DNA of 63,507 nt, the filler included, from Chiloscyllium plagiosum (lineage: Eukaryota): NCBI RefSeq assembly GCF_004010195.1. It is 4 parts of one record of this genome, joined end to end, with 100 filler letters (N's around TTAATTAATTAA, not from the genome) between each part and the next. Parts side by side here need not be neighbours in the genome. Positions count along the whole stretch, not along the records: positions 26,749 to 48,659 come from NC_057717.1; positions 48,760 to 59,883 come from NC_057717.1; 2 more parts are not named here. The stretch is one strand, 5' to 3'. Positions 37,054 to 50,740 of this stretch are shown one piece after another. Numbering within the stretch: position 1 is the first letter of the stretch; each line of letters starts with the position of its first letter. The translations under genes and the position numbers were made by a program. Below the pieces are notes generated by a model. That model saw only the letters and a list, made by a program, of their open reading frames with translations, searched no databases and was not told the origin of the DNA.

Positions 37054-39365
37054 TGACGTGAGAGGCTTCGAATTCGCAAATGGTCTATATCACAGATCGA
37101 AGAAATAATGTTGCAGATGCGTTGACCCCTGGGCTAAAAATCAAATTAATACAGATAACGTAGAACTCTTACGGTCCAAACTTATCGGGTACGCACGCAG
37201 AATCAGTAAGGAGTGCATAATTTTAGATTACCTATTTATGTATTTTGCAAAAATGATATTAAGGTCCAGAAAAAAAGAAGAAAAATGAAGCCATCTTTTA
37301 TTTATGACAGTTCATCTTCTTTAACAGAGAGGTGCCTTCCTGAGCTGAGAGATTCTGAGAGCACGTGTGTGACATGTTGGCAGGTGCAGAGATTACTGCG
37401 AATTTATAATATGTAACAATCAGCGTGACATTGGGTTTTGATTTTAATGCAACCAGACTTGAATGCAGCCAATTCATTTAAGTTATGTTCAGTATCACAA
37501 AAAACAATGGAATTTGAATTTGATTGTATTGAAACCATTTGGTCAATGACGGGTCCTTCAGAAACTAAACAAGGAAGGACATTTTGAAAATTACCCAGAG
37601 CTAGCTGCCCACCGAGATCACGTGTAATCTGCAAGGGCTCTCAAAACTGTCAATGACAAGTATCAGAATGTGCCATCTTTTAAAACATCAGAGAAACAAT
37701 TTATCACTAAAAATACTCACAGTAATAAAGAATGAAGGCCGCCCAGGAGAAGACAGCAGAAACATAAGGACAGAAGAAATCTGCAGAATGCGAAGTACGC
37801 AGGGAAGATTGGAGATTCTGAAAACAGCAAGGAAGAGAGCATAAAAGACTGCTTGGACTTTGAGGAATGAAGTTCATTTAATGCTTATTAATCATGTATT
37901 CTTTAATAGAGTTTGGTCAGATTGTGAGTATTTAAGAAAGAAGGAGATCGAGTTTGTTAACAGCTTTGCTTCGTGTTCAGTGTTACAATTAGCAACATGA
38001 ATTACTTTATTTCCATAAACTTTGGAATGGCAGGGTTTTTTTCTCACTGACACTATTAGCAGATTCCGTGGCAAGACGAGGTTTTGTGGGGTATTTAATT
38101 TAATTAGCAGGCGGTTTCGAAAACAATGCTGACAAGAAAAGTATTATTATTTTCCTCACAACTGGCATCAAGTTATCCACTACTTTTTTTTTCTGTTTCC
38201 CCTCTCCAGCCTGTTTGAAGTATTCGCTGTCACAATCGCTACTTTGTCATCTGCGGGATCCTCTCAAGAATCTAAAGAGTATTGAAGAACTTTGATCTCC
38301 CTCAATAGTTCGGAACGTGGCTCGTAGAACTAATGAATTTACGGGAGAAAACGATCCATTGTGTGTCTACCAGTTTTGAAAAATTAAATCCAGCAAGCTC
38401 AATCTTCAAGCTGCATGACTATTTCGCCATTCATCTGGTGCAGAGTTGAACCACTCTTTACCGCAATGATTTTTTTCCGAGTAATTCCTCTTCTAATTTC
38501 TTTGTGTTTCTCAATTTCCTGGGTCGCCCATTTTCCTGATATTTCTGGAAGATTTTCTGTTACATCCTCTGTGGAGACAATGCCAACATATTCATGTCAC
38601 TGCGCAGGTAGATAGCCTCTGTTACCCCCTAAATATACCAGAGGATGACGCTGGAGATAACAGTGATAAGGAGGTGTGTGCAGGTGGCAGCAATTTACAA
38701 AAAACAGCAGGTGTTAAAGGACATGAGGAGTTTACAAAGGTCTAATAGTGTGAATTCCGAAAGAAGTTATATCGATAAGAAGGTTTTACTAGCAGAAGGA
38801 TGTTGGAGAAAATAAAGATGCGTGTTCATACTGCAGCAGGTAACAGCGACGGAGAGTTGTAGGCGTTAGAGCAACTGACAAAGATAGTGAGGTGATGCTG
38901 GAAAATGTGACTGGGTAGGGAGTAGGTGCAGGTGCTGGAAAATGTTACAGGGGTAGGGAGTGGGTGCAGGTGCTTGAGGATATAACAGGGATAGCGATTG
39001 GGTGTAGGTGCTGGAAAATGTTACATGATTAGGAGGTGGGTGCAGATGATGGAGAATGTTACAGGGATAAGCTGTAGGTGCAAAAGAAAGTTACAGAGAG
39101 CTGGGTGTTTAGTTCCTGGAGAATAATACAACAATAGGGAATCTGTGTAAGTGCTGGAGTATGTTACAGGTAAAGGGAGTCGGTGTTGTTGCTAGAGGAT
39201 GTTGTAGCGATAGAGAGTGGCTGTAGGTGATAGAGACTGTTGCAGGTATACGGGTAGGTGCAAATGCTTGAGAATGTACAGGGATATGGAGGGAATAGGC
39301 GCTGGAGAATGTTAAAGGGACAGGGAATGGCTGTGGTTGCAGGAGACGTTTATAGAGTTACAGAA
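37054..39365 (-). repeat. Inverted partial copy of duplication unit
   Basis: Reverse complement of ~34830-36553 plus 20560-20908 (ORF 37404-37634 minus matches 20606-20836 plus). It is also a direct paralog of 42304-44680. Confidence 0.92.
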
Positions 39366-39369
39366 CGGT

Positions 39370-39880
39370 TTAGAGGGAGAGAGGGGGAGGGGTAGGGAGA
39401 AAGTGGGTGTAGAGACAGCGTGGTAGGGGTGTATAGAATGTGAGAGTGGGAAGGTATAAACATAGGGGAACGAAGCAAGCTGGAGGGACTGGGAGAGCAT
39501 TGAGCGAAACACAGAGAGTGAGAAGGGAGTAGAGAGAGACTGTGGGAGGTTGGAGAGAGAGAAGGAGGGGGAATGAGTGAGAAGGAGCTTAGTGAGATGT
39601 GGGAGAGTGATAGACAGGGAGTGGGATGGAAAGAGAGCGGGAGTAGCAGGGGACGAGAGATAGAGAGTGGGAGGGGAGAACAATACAGAGTTGGAGGGCG
39701 GAAAGAGAGTAAGTGGGTTAGAGACAGGGTGGAAGGGGTGGACAGAAAGTAAGAGCGTGAGTGTGTTAAAGAGGGTGTGGGAAAGTGAAGAAATAGAGGG
39801 CTGGAGAGAGCGAGAGAGACTGGGAGGGGGTAGACAGAAAGACCGAGAATTCGAAGGGATCAGAGAGAGTGCGGGAAAGA
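39370..39880 (+). repeat. G/A-rich low-complexity tract
   Basis: Almost purely purine with GAGA/GGGA motifs. It truncates the inverted copy. Confidence 0.85.
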
Positions 39881-40084
39881 AAAGAGAAATCAACATAATC
39901 CAACTGTTCCAGGAAGATACCGTATTTCCAGCAGCTTCTGTGAGCAGAATAACTTCCGCGGCACAATAATATTGGAGACAATCTTAATTTTTCTTTAGTT
40001 ATGAAATCAACTGCCATTGGCAAAATAAACTCTTTCGAATTAATATTCTGCAGTGTTTTTTTATTTTTTCATTTGTCTTCATTT

Positions 40085-40180
40085 GTGTTCGTGTGCGTGT
40101 GTGTGTGTGTTGGTCTGTGTAAGTGTGTGTGTGTGTGTGTGTATGTGTCTTGGTCTGTAAGTGTCTGTGTGTGTGCATGT
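40085..40180 (+). repeat. Imperfect (TG)n microsatellite
   Basis: GTGTGTGT runs; a weaker paralog lies at ~8405-8480. Confidence 0.9.
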
Positions 40181-42239
40181 TTCAATATGTCTCCGTTTGT
40201 AAAGAAAAATAAATATTGATTCATATATTTACAATGTCCAAGCTGTCTGTCATTTACCTTTCCATCCTTGCTGGAGAAATTTTGCTTTGACTTTAAACAT
40301 GTTTTAACAAATTTAAGATATCTACCTGACTTGTCCCTCGCATTGCACCAAACGCAATCTAAGACTGATGTTATGGAGTCGGCTAGTTACCCTTATAATA
40401 TTTTATGATAGTAGCGAAGATTTAACTTTTTTCATATTTAAAAGGCGGATGTGAAGTAGAAAATCTCGGTGCAATGCAACTGGTCAAACCATTTGCTGGA
40501 AGCAAAACAGCTTTCTTAAAATCACTGCATTTGAAACACGAAAAAGAAGTTTAGAATAACTGAACGATTTCAAAACACTACCGCCAGTCAGGAATCATCT
40601 GCAGAAGAATGGAGCCTTTTTCCCACTGCAGCACCTTCTGTTACAGCTGCCAGTTTCTCTGCTACAACTAAAGTAAACCAGATAAACATTCTCACTGAGA
40701 AAACTGGTCACTCCACTGCCATTGTAAAACGAGGCTTCTCTGAGACACATCTGACGTCTGCCTTTTACAAGCTCTTTTGAAATAAAAAAGGAGCCACGAG
40801 CAAAATGATCTTGTCAAAGCGGGAGTAGAAAATGAAACCATCACCCTCGAACCTTTGTCGAAACAAGGATAAAGATGCATTGTCAAACAGCAATTTAAGT
40901 GCGAATTCCCTTCCCCACAAGTTTGTGGGGTCTGTATGTTTGCATTAATTCAAAGTTGTCTTACTTAGGTATTTGACAAAAATGTGATTCAAAGGTAATA
41001 AACTTCAGATAAGGAAGTGTGGCTGAGACCTCAACCAAATCAACCACGCTCTGAGTGCCTGGTGTAGAACGCTGAAAGTGTCCAATGACCCTCTACGGGT
41101 CCATCGCACTTTCTTGCTTTGGTATTCAGTCCCATGAATCTGCTAGACAGGAGCAGTTAGGGGCCACTTTCCCCTCGTACGTGGAGCACAGAAACAGCTG
41201 AGACCATTCAGCCCCTCAGGCCTGGCACACCCAGCTTGGTATGGGTTGTAAAAATGTTCTTAGGAAAAAGAAATGAATATCGATGTGAAGCAACTGGGTC
41301 GTCTTTCCTTACACAAGTTCCGACGTCTCCATTTGAAATTCTTGTTGTGGACCCAGATTTTCTGTGAGTACAGCTCCTGCGGTCCCACTCCTCACCCAGA
41401 AATCACTCACACAATCCTCTGGTCTGTCTGACTGCAGCATTCCTCAGCAGATTTGGCAGGAAAATAACAAGCACTAACTTTCCAATAAGATGATGAGAAA
41501 ACGCCAGAAACAGGAATTAGTCATTCGCCCCCCTCAACATAAAACAGCCTTGCCCTACAATAAGACCATGAATAATCTGCTCTCGACCTCAACTTCTCTT
41601 TCATGCCCAATTCCTTGTCGCTCTTATCTCCCTGACTGGTCAAACATCCATCAAGCACAACCCATGGTAAATATCTCAGTGACCTGGTTCCCCAATTCAC
41701 TGGAATAGAGGTATCTCACCAGTTACTCCGTTCTGTTAGAAGGAAACACTCCACACATAAACTGTGTTTTCTACTGAATTGGAAGGAAGATATGAACACA
41801 AGTTAAGCGTGACTGGTCCGAATGCCAAGGCAGGAACTTGACTGAGTGTCAGGGCGCTGACGTCGAAACCATCTGCTAATTAAATTAAACACCCCAGAAA
41901 AGCTCGCTTCGCCTCATAATGACTGAATGAAAACCAATGATTTCCATTGCGTAAAGAAATGAAATAACATTTTATTATGCTATTTCTGGCAGTGAACACG
42001 AAACAAAACGATCAACAAACCTAATCCCTTTTCTCTTAACTAATCACTCTCTAACCCCAAACAATACCAAAGTGTTACTCCAATAACATAATTACTAAAT
42101 ATTGAAGTAACATAATCACTCAAACTCCGTACAGAATCCTAAGTTGTCTTCTTCCGATCACCCGATTCTGCTATTTTCTTCTGGAGTCTGATTAAGCTGT
42201 CTTCTCCTTGGAGCGACTTCTTACTTTTACTGTGAGTAT

Positions 42240-42585
42240 TTGCAGCATTCGTACATTTTTGGAAAGATTAGAATACAAAAATTCGAGACTATTTTGATGC
42301 AGTCTGACGTGAGAGGCTTCGAATTCGCAAATGGTCCATATCGCAGATCGAAGAAATAATGTTGCAGATGCGTTGACCCCCGGACTAAAAATCAAATTAA
42401 TACAGATAACGTAGAACTCTTACGGTCCAAACTTATCGGGTACGCACGCAGAATCAGTAAGGAGTGCATAACTTTAGATTACCTATTTATGTATTTTGCA
42501 AAAATGGTATTAAGGTTCAGAGAAAAAGAAGAAAAATGAAGCCATCTTTTAATTATGACAGTTCATCTTCTTTAACAGAGAGGTG
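42240..42585 (+). mobile_element. Ty3/Gypsy RNase H C-terminus, 3' spacer and PPT; partial copy at 37054-37333
   Basis: Reads RTFLERLEYKNSRLF*CSLT*EASNSQMVHIADRRNNVADALT, matching the Gypsy RNase H end pattern RLxRWxLxLQxF...I.G..N..ADALSR. Confidence 0.75.
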
Positions 42586-45500
42586 CCTTTCTGAGCTGAG
42601 AGATTCTGAGAGCACGCGTGTGACATGTTGGCAGGTGCAGAGGTTACTGCGAATTTATAACATGTAACAATCAACGTGACATTGGGTTTTGATTTTAATG
42701 CCACCAGATTTGAATGCAGCCAATTCATTTAAGTTGTGTTCAGTATCACAAAAAACAATGGAATTTGAATTTGATTGTATTGAAACCATTTGGTCAATGA
42801 CGCGGTCTTTAGAAACTAAACAAAGAAGGACATTTTGAAAATTACCCAGAACTAGCTGCCCACCGAGATCACGTGTAATCTGCAAGGGCTCTCAAAACTG
42901 TCAATGGCAAGTATTAGAATGTGCCATATTTTAAAACATCAGAGAAACAATTTATCACTAAATATACTCACAGTAAAAAAGAATGAAGGCCGCCCAGGAG
43001 AAGACAGCAGAAACAGAAGGACAGAAGAAATCTGCAGAATGTGAAGCACTCAGGGAAGATTGGAGATTCTGAAAACAGAAAGGAAGAGAGCATAAAAGAC
43101 TGCTTGGATTTTGAGGAATTTAATGCTTATTAATCATGTTATAAAGGAGTATTTTTAATAGAGTTTAGTCAGATTGTGAGTATTTAAGAAAGAAGGGGAT
43201 CGAGTTTGTTAATAGGTTTGCTTCGTGTTCAGTGTTACATTTAGCAACATGAATTACTTTATTTCCATAAACTTTGGAATGGCAGGGTTTTTTTTCTCAC
43301 TGACGACATTAGCAGATTCCGTAGCAAGACGAAGTTTTGTGGGGTATTTAATTTAATTAGCAGACGGTTTCGAAAACAATGCTCACAAGAAAAGTATTAT
43401 TATTTTCCTCACAACTGGCATCAAGCCAGCCACTACTTTTTTTTTTCTGTATCCGCTCTCCATCCTGTTTGAAATATTCGCTGTCACAATCGCTACTTTG
43501 TCATCTGCGGGATCCTCTCAGGAATCTAAAGAGTATTGAAGATCTCTGACCTCCCTCAATAGTTCGGAATGTGGCTCGTAGAACTAATGAATTTACCGGA
43601 GAAAAAGATCCATTGTGTGTTTACCAGTTTTGGAAAATTAAATCCAGCAAGCCCAATCTTCAAGCTGCATCTGCATTTCGCCATTCATCTGGTGCAGATT
43701 TGAACCACTCTTCACCGCAATGATTTTTTTTCGAGTAATTCCTATTCTAATTTCTTTGTGTTTCTCAATTTCCTGGGTCACCCATTTTCCTGATATTTCT
43801 GGAAGATTTTCTGTTACATCCTCTGTGGAGACAATGCCAACATATTCATGTCACTGCGCAGTTAGATAGCCTCTGTTAACCCCTAAATACACCAGAGATA
43901 CCCCCTAAATACGCTGGAGATTACAGAGATAAGGACGTGTGTGCAGGCGGCAGCAATTTACAAAGAAACAGAAGGTGCTAAAGGACATGAGGAATTTACA
44001 AAGGTCGAATAGTGTGAATTCTGGAAGAAGCTATATGATAAGAAGGTTTTACTAGCAGAAGGATGTTGGAGAAAATAAAGATGTGTGTTCATACTGAAGC
44101 AGCTAACAGCGACGGAGAGTTGTAGGCGTTAGAGCAACTGACAAAGATAGTGAGGTGATGCTGGAAAATGTGACTGGGTAGGGAGTGGGTGCAGGTGCTG
44201 GAAAATGTTACAGGGGTAGGGAGTGGGTGCAGGTGCTTGAGGATATAACAGGGATAGCGATTGAGTGTAGATGCTGGAAAATGTTACATGATGAGGAGGT
44301 GGGTACAGATGATGGAGAATGTTACAGGGATAGGGAGTGGCTGTAGGAGCTGAAGAAAGTTACAGAGAGGGAGGTGTGTCGTTCCTGGAGAATGATACAG
44401 GGATAAGGAATCTGTGTAGGTGCTGGGGTATGTTTCAGGTGAAGGGAGTCGTTGTTGTTGCTAGAGGATGTTGCAGCGATAGAGAGCGGCTGCAGGTGAT
44501 GGAGAATTGAACAGGGATAAGGGTGGGTGCAGGTGCTTGAGAATGTACAGAGATATGGAGCGGATAGGTGCTGGAGAATGTAACAGGGATAGGAAATGGG
44601 TGCAGTCGCTGGACAATGTTAAAATGATACGGAGTGGCTGTGGTTGCAGGAGACGTTTATAGAGATAGAGAACGTTGAAGCAGGCGGAGGAGGCACAAAG
44701 TGGAGAGGAAGCTGGTTGAATTTACTCAGAGAGCGAAAGGAAAGCGAAAGAGGTGATTACAGAGTTTTGGAGAACTACTGATTGAGGAGGTGGTTGCAGA
44801 AATAGGGAGGATTGAAATCACGAGAAGATAACATTAGCTTTATGGCATGGTAGCTGAAACAAATATGAAACCAAGGCTGGAGTCATCTCAGGTATATGAA
44901 AGCAAGGCTAGAGAATTTATAGAAATAGAAAAACAAGTCTGGACTTGTTACACAAATAGGAAAGCAAGGCTCTAGATGTGAAAGTTATCAAGGCTGGAGA
45001 TGTCACATAGATCGGAAAGTACAGCTGAAGATGTTACAGATACAGGAAAGCAAGGCTGGAGATCTTACACAGATTTGAAAACAAGACTGGGGATGTTACT
45101 GAGATAGGAAATGAAGGCAGAGATGTCACACAGTTAGGAAAACAAAGATGGAGATGTTACTGGGATTGGAAGTATAGGCAGAATATGTCACAGACGTAGC
45201 AAATCAAGTCTGGAGCAAGGCTGGAGATGTTACTGAGATAGGAAAGTAAGGCAGGAGATTTTACACAGAGAGTAAAGCAAGGTTTGAGATGTCACACGGA
45301 TTGGAAAGCAAGACTGGAGGTGTTACAGAGAAAGGAAAGCAAGCCTGGAGATGTTGATGAGACAGCAAAGCAAGTCTGGAAATGTTATAGCGATATGAAA
45401 CCAGGGCTGGAGTTATTACATAGTTAGGGAAACAAGGTTGGAAATGTAAATGGAAAGGAAAGCGAGGCTGGATATGTTATGGAGATAGGAAAGCAAGGCT

Positions 45501-48500
45501 GGAGATGTTATAAAGTTAGTAATGCAAGGCTGGGGATGTTATAGAGATAAGAATACAAGGGTCGAGGTGTTTCAGACGTAGGAGAGCATGGCTGGAAATG
45601 TTATAGAGATAGCAAGTCGGGACTGGACATGTTATAAAGACAGGGAAGCAATGGTAGAGAAGTTGCAGAGATAGCCAAGTAAGGCTGGCGATAATACAGC
45701 AAGAGGAAATCAAGGTCTGAGTCATTACAGAAAAAGGAAAGCAGGGCTGGAGACCTTGCAGAGATTGCAGAGCAATGCTGGAGGCGTTATACCCATAGGT
45801 AAACAAGGCTGAAGACGCTTTTGTATTTGGAAAACAAGACGTGAGATGTCTTGGTGGTAGGAAATCAAAGCTGGTGATCTTATAGAGATAGGAAATGAAG
45901 CGTGGAAATGTTACAGAGTTAGGATTGCAAGTCTGGAGTTGATACAACAAGGCTGGAGATGTTAGGAAACATGAAAGCAAAGCGGGAGTTGTTTGGATTT
46001 CGGAAAGCACAGCGAGAGATGTTACAGAGATAGAAAAGGAAGGCTGTAGACGTTATAATGATAGAAATGCAATGTTGGAGATTATACAGAGAAAGGAGTG
46101 CAAGACTGAAGATATTATTGAGTTGGGAATACAAGGCTGGGGATGATACAGGGATAGGAAAGGAAGGTTGGTGATGCTACTTCGATAGGAAAGCAGGTCT
46201 GGAGCTGTTACGGATAAAAAGGCTTGAGATATTACACGGACAGGAAAGCAATACTGGCGATGTCAGAGAGATAGGAAAGCAGGGCTGAAGACATTACGTG
46301 GATTGGAAAGCAACGCTGGAGTGTTACACAGATATGAAAGCAACGGTGGATATGTTACAGAGAGATGAAAGCATGGCTCGAGAGGTTACATTGATAGAAA
46401 AAACAAGGTTGGAGATGTTATTGAGATAGAAAAGCAGGGCTGCAGATGTGACATGGATAGGAACGCATCACTGGAGATGTTATAGAATGGGAAAGCAAGG
46501 CTGGTGCTATTACAGGGATAGGGAAACAAGATGGAGATGTTACTTACATAGGAAAGCAATTCTGGAGATGTCACATGAATAGGAAAGCACGGCAGGAGAT
46601 ATGACAGAAATAAGAAACCAAGGCTGGAGATGATGCAGAGATAGGAAAGCAAAGCTGGAGATCATACATGGAAATGAAAGCAAGGTTGGAGACATTACAG
46701 CGATAGGAAAACAAGGATGGAGATGTTAAATAGATAGGATAGTATGGCCGGAGATGTTACAGAGATAAGATTTCGGGGCTGCAGATGTTCTTGAGATAGG
46801 GCAGGAAGGGTGGGAATGTTACAGGGATAGAAAAGCAAGGCTGGAGATGTTACAGATATAGGAATGCAACACCAGAGGGCTTATAGAAATAGGAGATCCA
46901 AGCTGCAGATGTTACAGAAATAGGATTACAAGATTACAGATTTTGCAGAGATAGTAACACAAAGCTGGAAGTTACATCGATAGGAATGCAACGTTAGAAG
47001 TCTTACAGTGATAGGAAAGCAAGACTGGAGATATTTTAAAAAAATAGCAAAGCAAAGCTTGAGATGTTACACAAATAGGAAAGCGATGCCTCAGATTTTA
47101 TAGAGATAGGAAAGCAAGGTTGTCGATAATGCAAAGGTAGGGAAGGAAGGCTGGAGAGAATAAATAGACCGCAAAAGAAGGCTAGAAGTATGAAACAGAT
47201 CAGAACACAAACACTGAGATGTTACAGAGTTCGAAAAGCAAGGCTGGGGATGGCACATATACAGAAACGCAAAGCTGGAGATGTTGCAGATATAGGAAAA
47301 CAATGCTGGAGAGTTTACATAGGTAGGAAAGCAAGGCTGGGGACTTTGCGGAGACAGGAAAATAAGGCTGGTGCTGTTACTCATTCAGCAAAGCAAGGCC
47401 AGAGATGTGGTAGAGATCAGCTGGCTGGGCTTATTCATTTACAGAGATAGAAAAACAACGGTAGAGATGTTACATCGTAACGAAAGTTGGAACTGGAGAT
47501 GTTACAGAGAGAGGAAAGGACGGATGGAGATGTGACACAGGGAGGAAAAAAAGTCTAGAAATGGTACTGAGAGAGGAAACCAAGACAGGAGATGATGTAG
47601 ACATAGAAAAACAACACTGGATATGCGACAGAGAGAGGAAAGCCAGGTTGGAGACGTTTCTGACATAGAAAAAAACATGGTTAGGGATGTTACAGAGATA
47701 GGAAAGGAAAGCTGGATATGTTACAGAGATAAGGAAACAAGGCTGGAGATGTTACAGAAATTGAAAAACAATTCTGGTGATGTTACAAAAGTAGGAGAGC
47801 AAGGCTGGAGATTTTATGGATATAGGAAAGCTGAACAGGAGATGGTACATAGAAAGGAAAGCAACGCTGAAGATGTTAAAGAGTCAGGAAAGCAATGCTG
47901 TAGATGTTACAGACATAGGAAAGAACAGCGAGTTTTCAAAAGATTTGTTGCTCAGGTTGAGGTTGTGGATGTCGCCTTGCTCGCTGAGCTGTACTGTTCC
48001 TTTTCAGACGTTACGCCATGATACTAGATAACATCAGCAGCGATCCTCCGGATGTAGCACTGGTGGCAGGGCAGAATTTCGATTGATATGTTTAGGTTTC
48101 CTCGGGTTGCTGATGTCATTTCACCACAGAAATAGAGGTAATAAAACAAGGCTGGAGATATTACAAAAATAGGAAAGCAAGTCTGGAGATGTTACACAGC
48201 CACGAATGTAAGGCTGGAGATGTTACAGAGAGAGGAATGCATGTCAGGATGTAGTCTCGAGATAGGAATGCATGGCATCAGATGTTACAGAGAATGGAAA
48301 AGAAGACTGGAGATATTAGGATATAAGAAAGCAATGATGGAGATGTATAGACATAGGGCAAACAAAGCTGGAGACTATACAGAGATAGCAATGTCTGTGC
48401 ATGCCAGAGCAGGCTCATGAGAACTTTTAATCCATTCACAGGATAATGTGTGTTGGGTGACACACATTTAGAGAGATGGGAGGGGTGAGAAGGCTGATGG

Positions 48501-48659
48501 TGATTACAGGGATAAGAAGTCATGGAGCGGCTGGAGATACGTACAGACAAAAGGAGAAGTTTGGAGCTGGAAGTGGTTAGAGGAAAAGGGGATGTATGTT
48601 CTGTAGGATGTTAGAGAAATAGGGATGCATGTAGGAGCTGAAGGAGTTTAGAAAGATAG
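42304..48659 (-). repeat. Inverted copy of duplication unit (lacks CR1 and Penelope insertions)
   Basis: Reverse complement of ~27880-36553 minus the CR1. ORFs 47091-47384 and 46386-46652 (minus) match 17722-18015 and 18563-18751 (plus). It includes the 31-bp satellite on the minus strand at ~44860-48400. Confidence 0.93.
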
Positions 48660-48759
48660 NNNNNNNNNNNNNNNNNNNNNNNNNNNNNNNNNNNNNNNNN
48701 NNNTTAATTAATTAANNNNNNNNNNNNNNNNNNNNNNNNNNNNNNNNNNNNNNNNNNNN

Positions 48760-49380
48760 TAGGTCGCGAGAAAGAAGAAACTATACCACGCTATTTGAAG
48801 CCTTTAACATGACATCGGTGGTGGCGAATACCTCACCAAGGTCAACCTGATGTCATATTGAATTCAAACAACCTCCAAACTTTAAACAGACCACCGTTCA
48901 CAGCAAACTGCCCAGCCTTCAGGACAACAGCGACCACAACATGGCACAACGCTGCCAAATCATCGACATGGATGCTATTATCATATGTGGGATCAGCACT
49001 CACCATGTAAAAGGAAGGTACTGATTTGACTGGGCCAAGATTGCCTACCTCATGCTCTGCAAACAAGGATGATCTGAGGCATTCTACACTGGCAAGAACA
49101 TGCAGTCACTGCAACAATGGAGAAATGGTTTCCACACAACCAATCGCCAGAAAGAAATGTTCACTCCAACTTGGGAAAAACTTCAGTGATCAAGGACATT
49201 CAGTCTGCACCTTGAAGTTAGCGCTCTCCAAGGGAGTCATTGAGATACACAACAACGCAGACTTGCCAGGCAGAAACTGATAGCCAAGGTCTGTACCCAT
49301 GAAGATGGCTTCAACCATGATGTTGGACCCATATCTCGTGACATACAACCCCACCATTCTGCTGTGTATTTGTAAACAGA
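48760..49380 (+). mobile_element. Penelope-like element GIY-YIG endonuclease remnant
   Basis: Decayed ...IAYLMLCKQG..EAFYTGKNMQSLQQ..NG...IARKKCSLQLGKNFSDQGHS...QKLIAK..THEDGFNHD, matching the PLE GIY-YIG pattern (VVYLIxC...YIGET...H...HF...GLN). Confidence 0.8.
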
Positions 49381-49719
49381 AAACGGTCTTTGCTTCCCGT
49401 TGTGTTTTGAAACCATCTCCTTTACAACGTGGTATGATGTCTCATCCATAATTAGATTACACAGTTTTGGATAACTTGTTCCTTTGGTCAGACGCTCTTA
49501 TGCGCATGTTAAGCAGCCATGTTTGGTTTGTCTCTAGCGCCATTTGTTTTACATTTTGCATTAATCTCGCTGCCTCAGTTCATTTGCTATTCAGTTGTTG
49601 TCAATTTACTAACACCCTCTGAACGTTCACTTCACTTATCCTCCATTTCCTGTTACCATCGATTTCACTGAAAACATTAGGCAAACTCCCATTTCTTTTA
49701 AAACGTTCGTTTCCCTCAT

Positions 49720-50740
49720 CTTATGTAAGGAAATAGAGATAGTGGGTCATGTGTTTAGTGGCCATTTGATGTTCATGTATCTGGTGACTAGTTTTCTGCG
49801 TATTTGTCGAATATAGTATTTTGTACATGATATTTATTTTGCTTGTTGTCTGTGCAGGTTTTTTTAAAAAGTGCATTAGCTGCTGTTTTAGTCTGTTCGT
49901 GTGTTTGTGGGTGACAATCATGCCAAAGTGGTTAGAGCAGTCATTTCTGAGATGGGTTTGATGTAGTGGCCAGGAATTCTGCACGGGTTTGTCTGCTTGT
50001 TCGGGATTGCTGCTCAGAAATCGATGGGCTGTGTTGATTGGGTAAACACAATGACTGCAGATGCAGGAAGCCAGCTTCTGCATTAGTGGTGCTGGAAGAC
50101 CACAGCAGTTCAGGCAGCATCCGAGGGGCTTCGAAATCTACGTTTCAGGCAAAAGCCCTTCATCAGGAATAAAGGCATGAGCCTGAAGCGTGGAGAGATA
50201 AGCTAGAGGAGGGTGGGGGTGGGGAGGAAGCAGCATAGAGTACAATGGGTGAGTGGGGGAGAGGATGAAGGTGGTAGGTCAGGGAGGAGAGAGAGGAGTG
50301 GGTAGATTGGGTGCCTGCTATTTTGAATACGGCTTTCTTTGGCACTTTGTAGTTCCCCTATGCTGCCGTGTGCGGTGCCTCGTGAAATAATGTTCTAATG
50401 CAGCTTCGTTTGTGGAAGAAGAGGAAAAAGATGACTCAAACCACAACAATGTGCAATTCCTAAATGTCACAGGAGAATGGGGACCAAGTACTGAACTGCA
50501 GAAGCAACCATCCCAAAGCCAACACGAAGCTGCATGAGAACATTTTCTGAGAAAAATAACAGCAAATGGCATCACCACAGGTAATGACATCACCAGCCCG
50601 AGGAAACCGAAGAACATGGACAGAAAGTGAGCAATAACACCAGTGCTTCGCCTGAGGCTCACTGATGATGTTTTCTCATATGGTGACGAAATGTCCGAGA
50701 ATGAACATTCCATCTGAGCGAGCAAAATTATATCCAGTAA
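49720..50740. mobile_element. Penelope-like fragments in inverted arrangement, with a second PLE family inserted at ~50085-50315
   Basis: Minus: YKI...RKLVTRYMNIKW/HEHQMATKH (GIY-YIG region). Plus 50400-50740: RT C-term and a pseudo-LTR with CTGATGA (50662)...GAAA (50688). Confidence 0.75.
50135..50170 (-). ncRNA. Hammerhead ribozyme motif in PLE terminal repeat
   Basis: Minus strand reads TTC-CTGATGA-AGGGCTTTTGCCT-GAAA-CG-TA-GATT, an intact core with a short stem II. Confidence 0.7.

Noticed and set aside
39312..39969. 194-aa and 100-aa ORFs
   Set aside because: They lie in a purine-rich low-complexity tract that lacks stops by composition.
40580..40790. Minus-strand Cys-containing frame after a pyrimidine tract (ELVKGRRQMCLREAS...CNRRCCSG)
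   Set aside because: I recognised no family motif and no partner exons, so it cannot be supported as coding.
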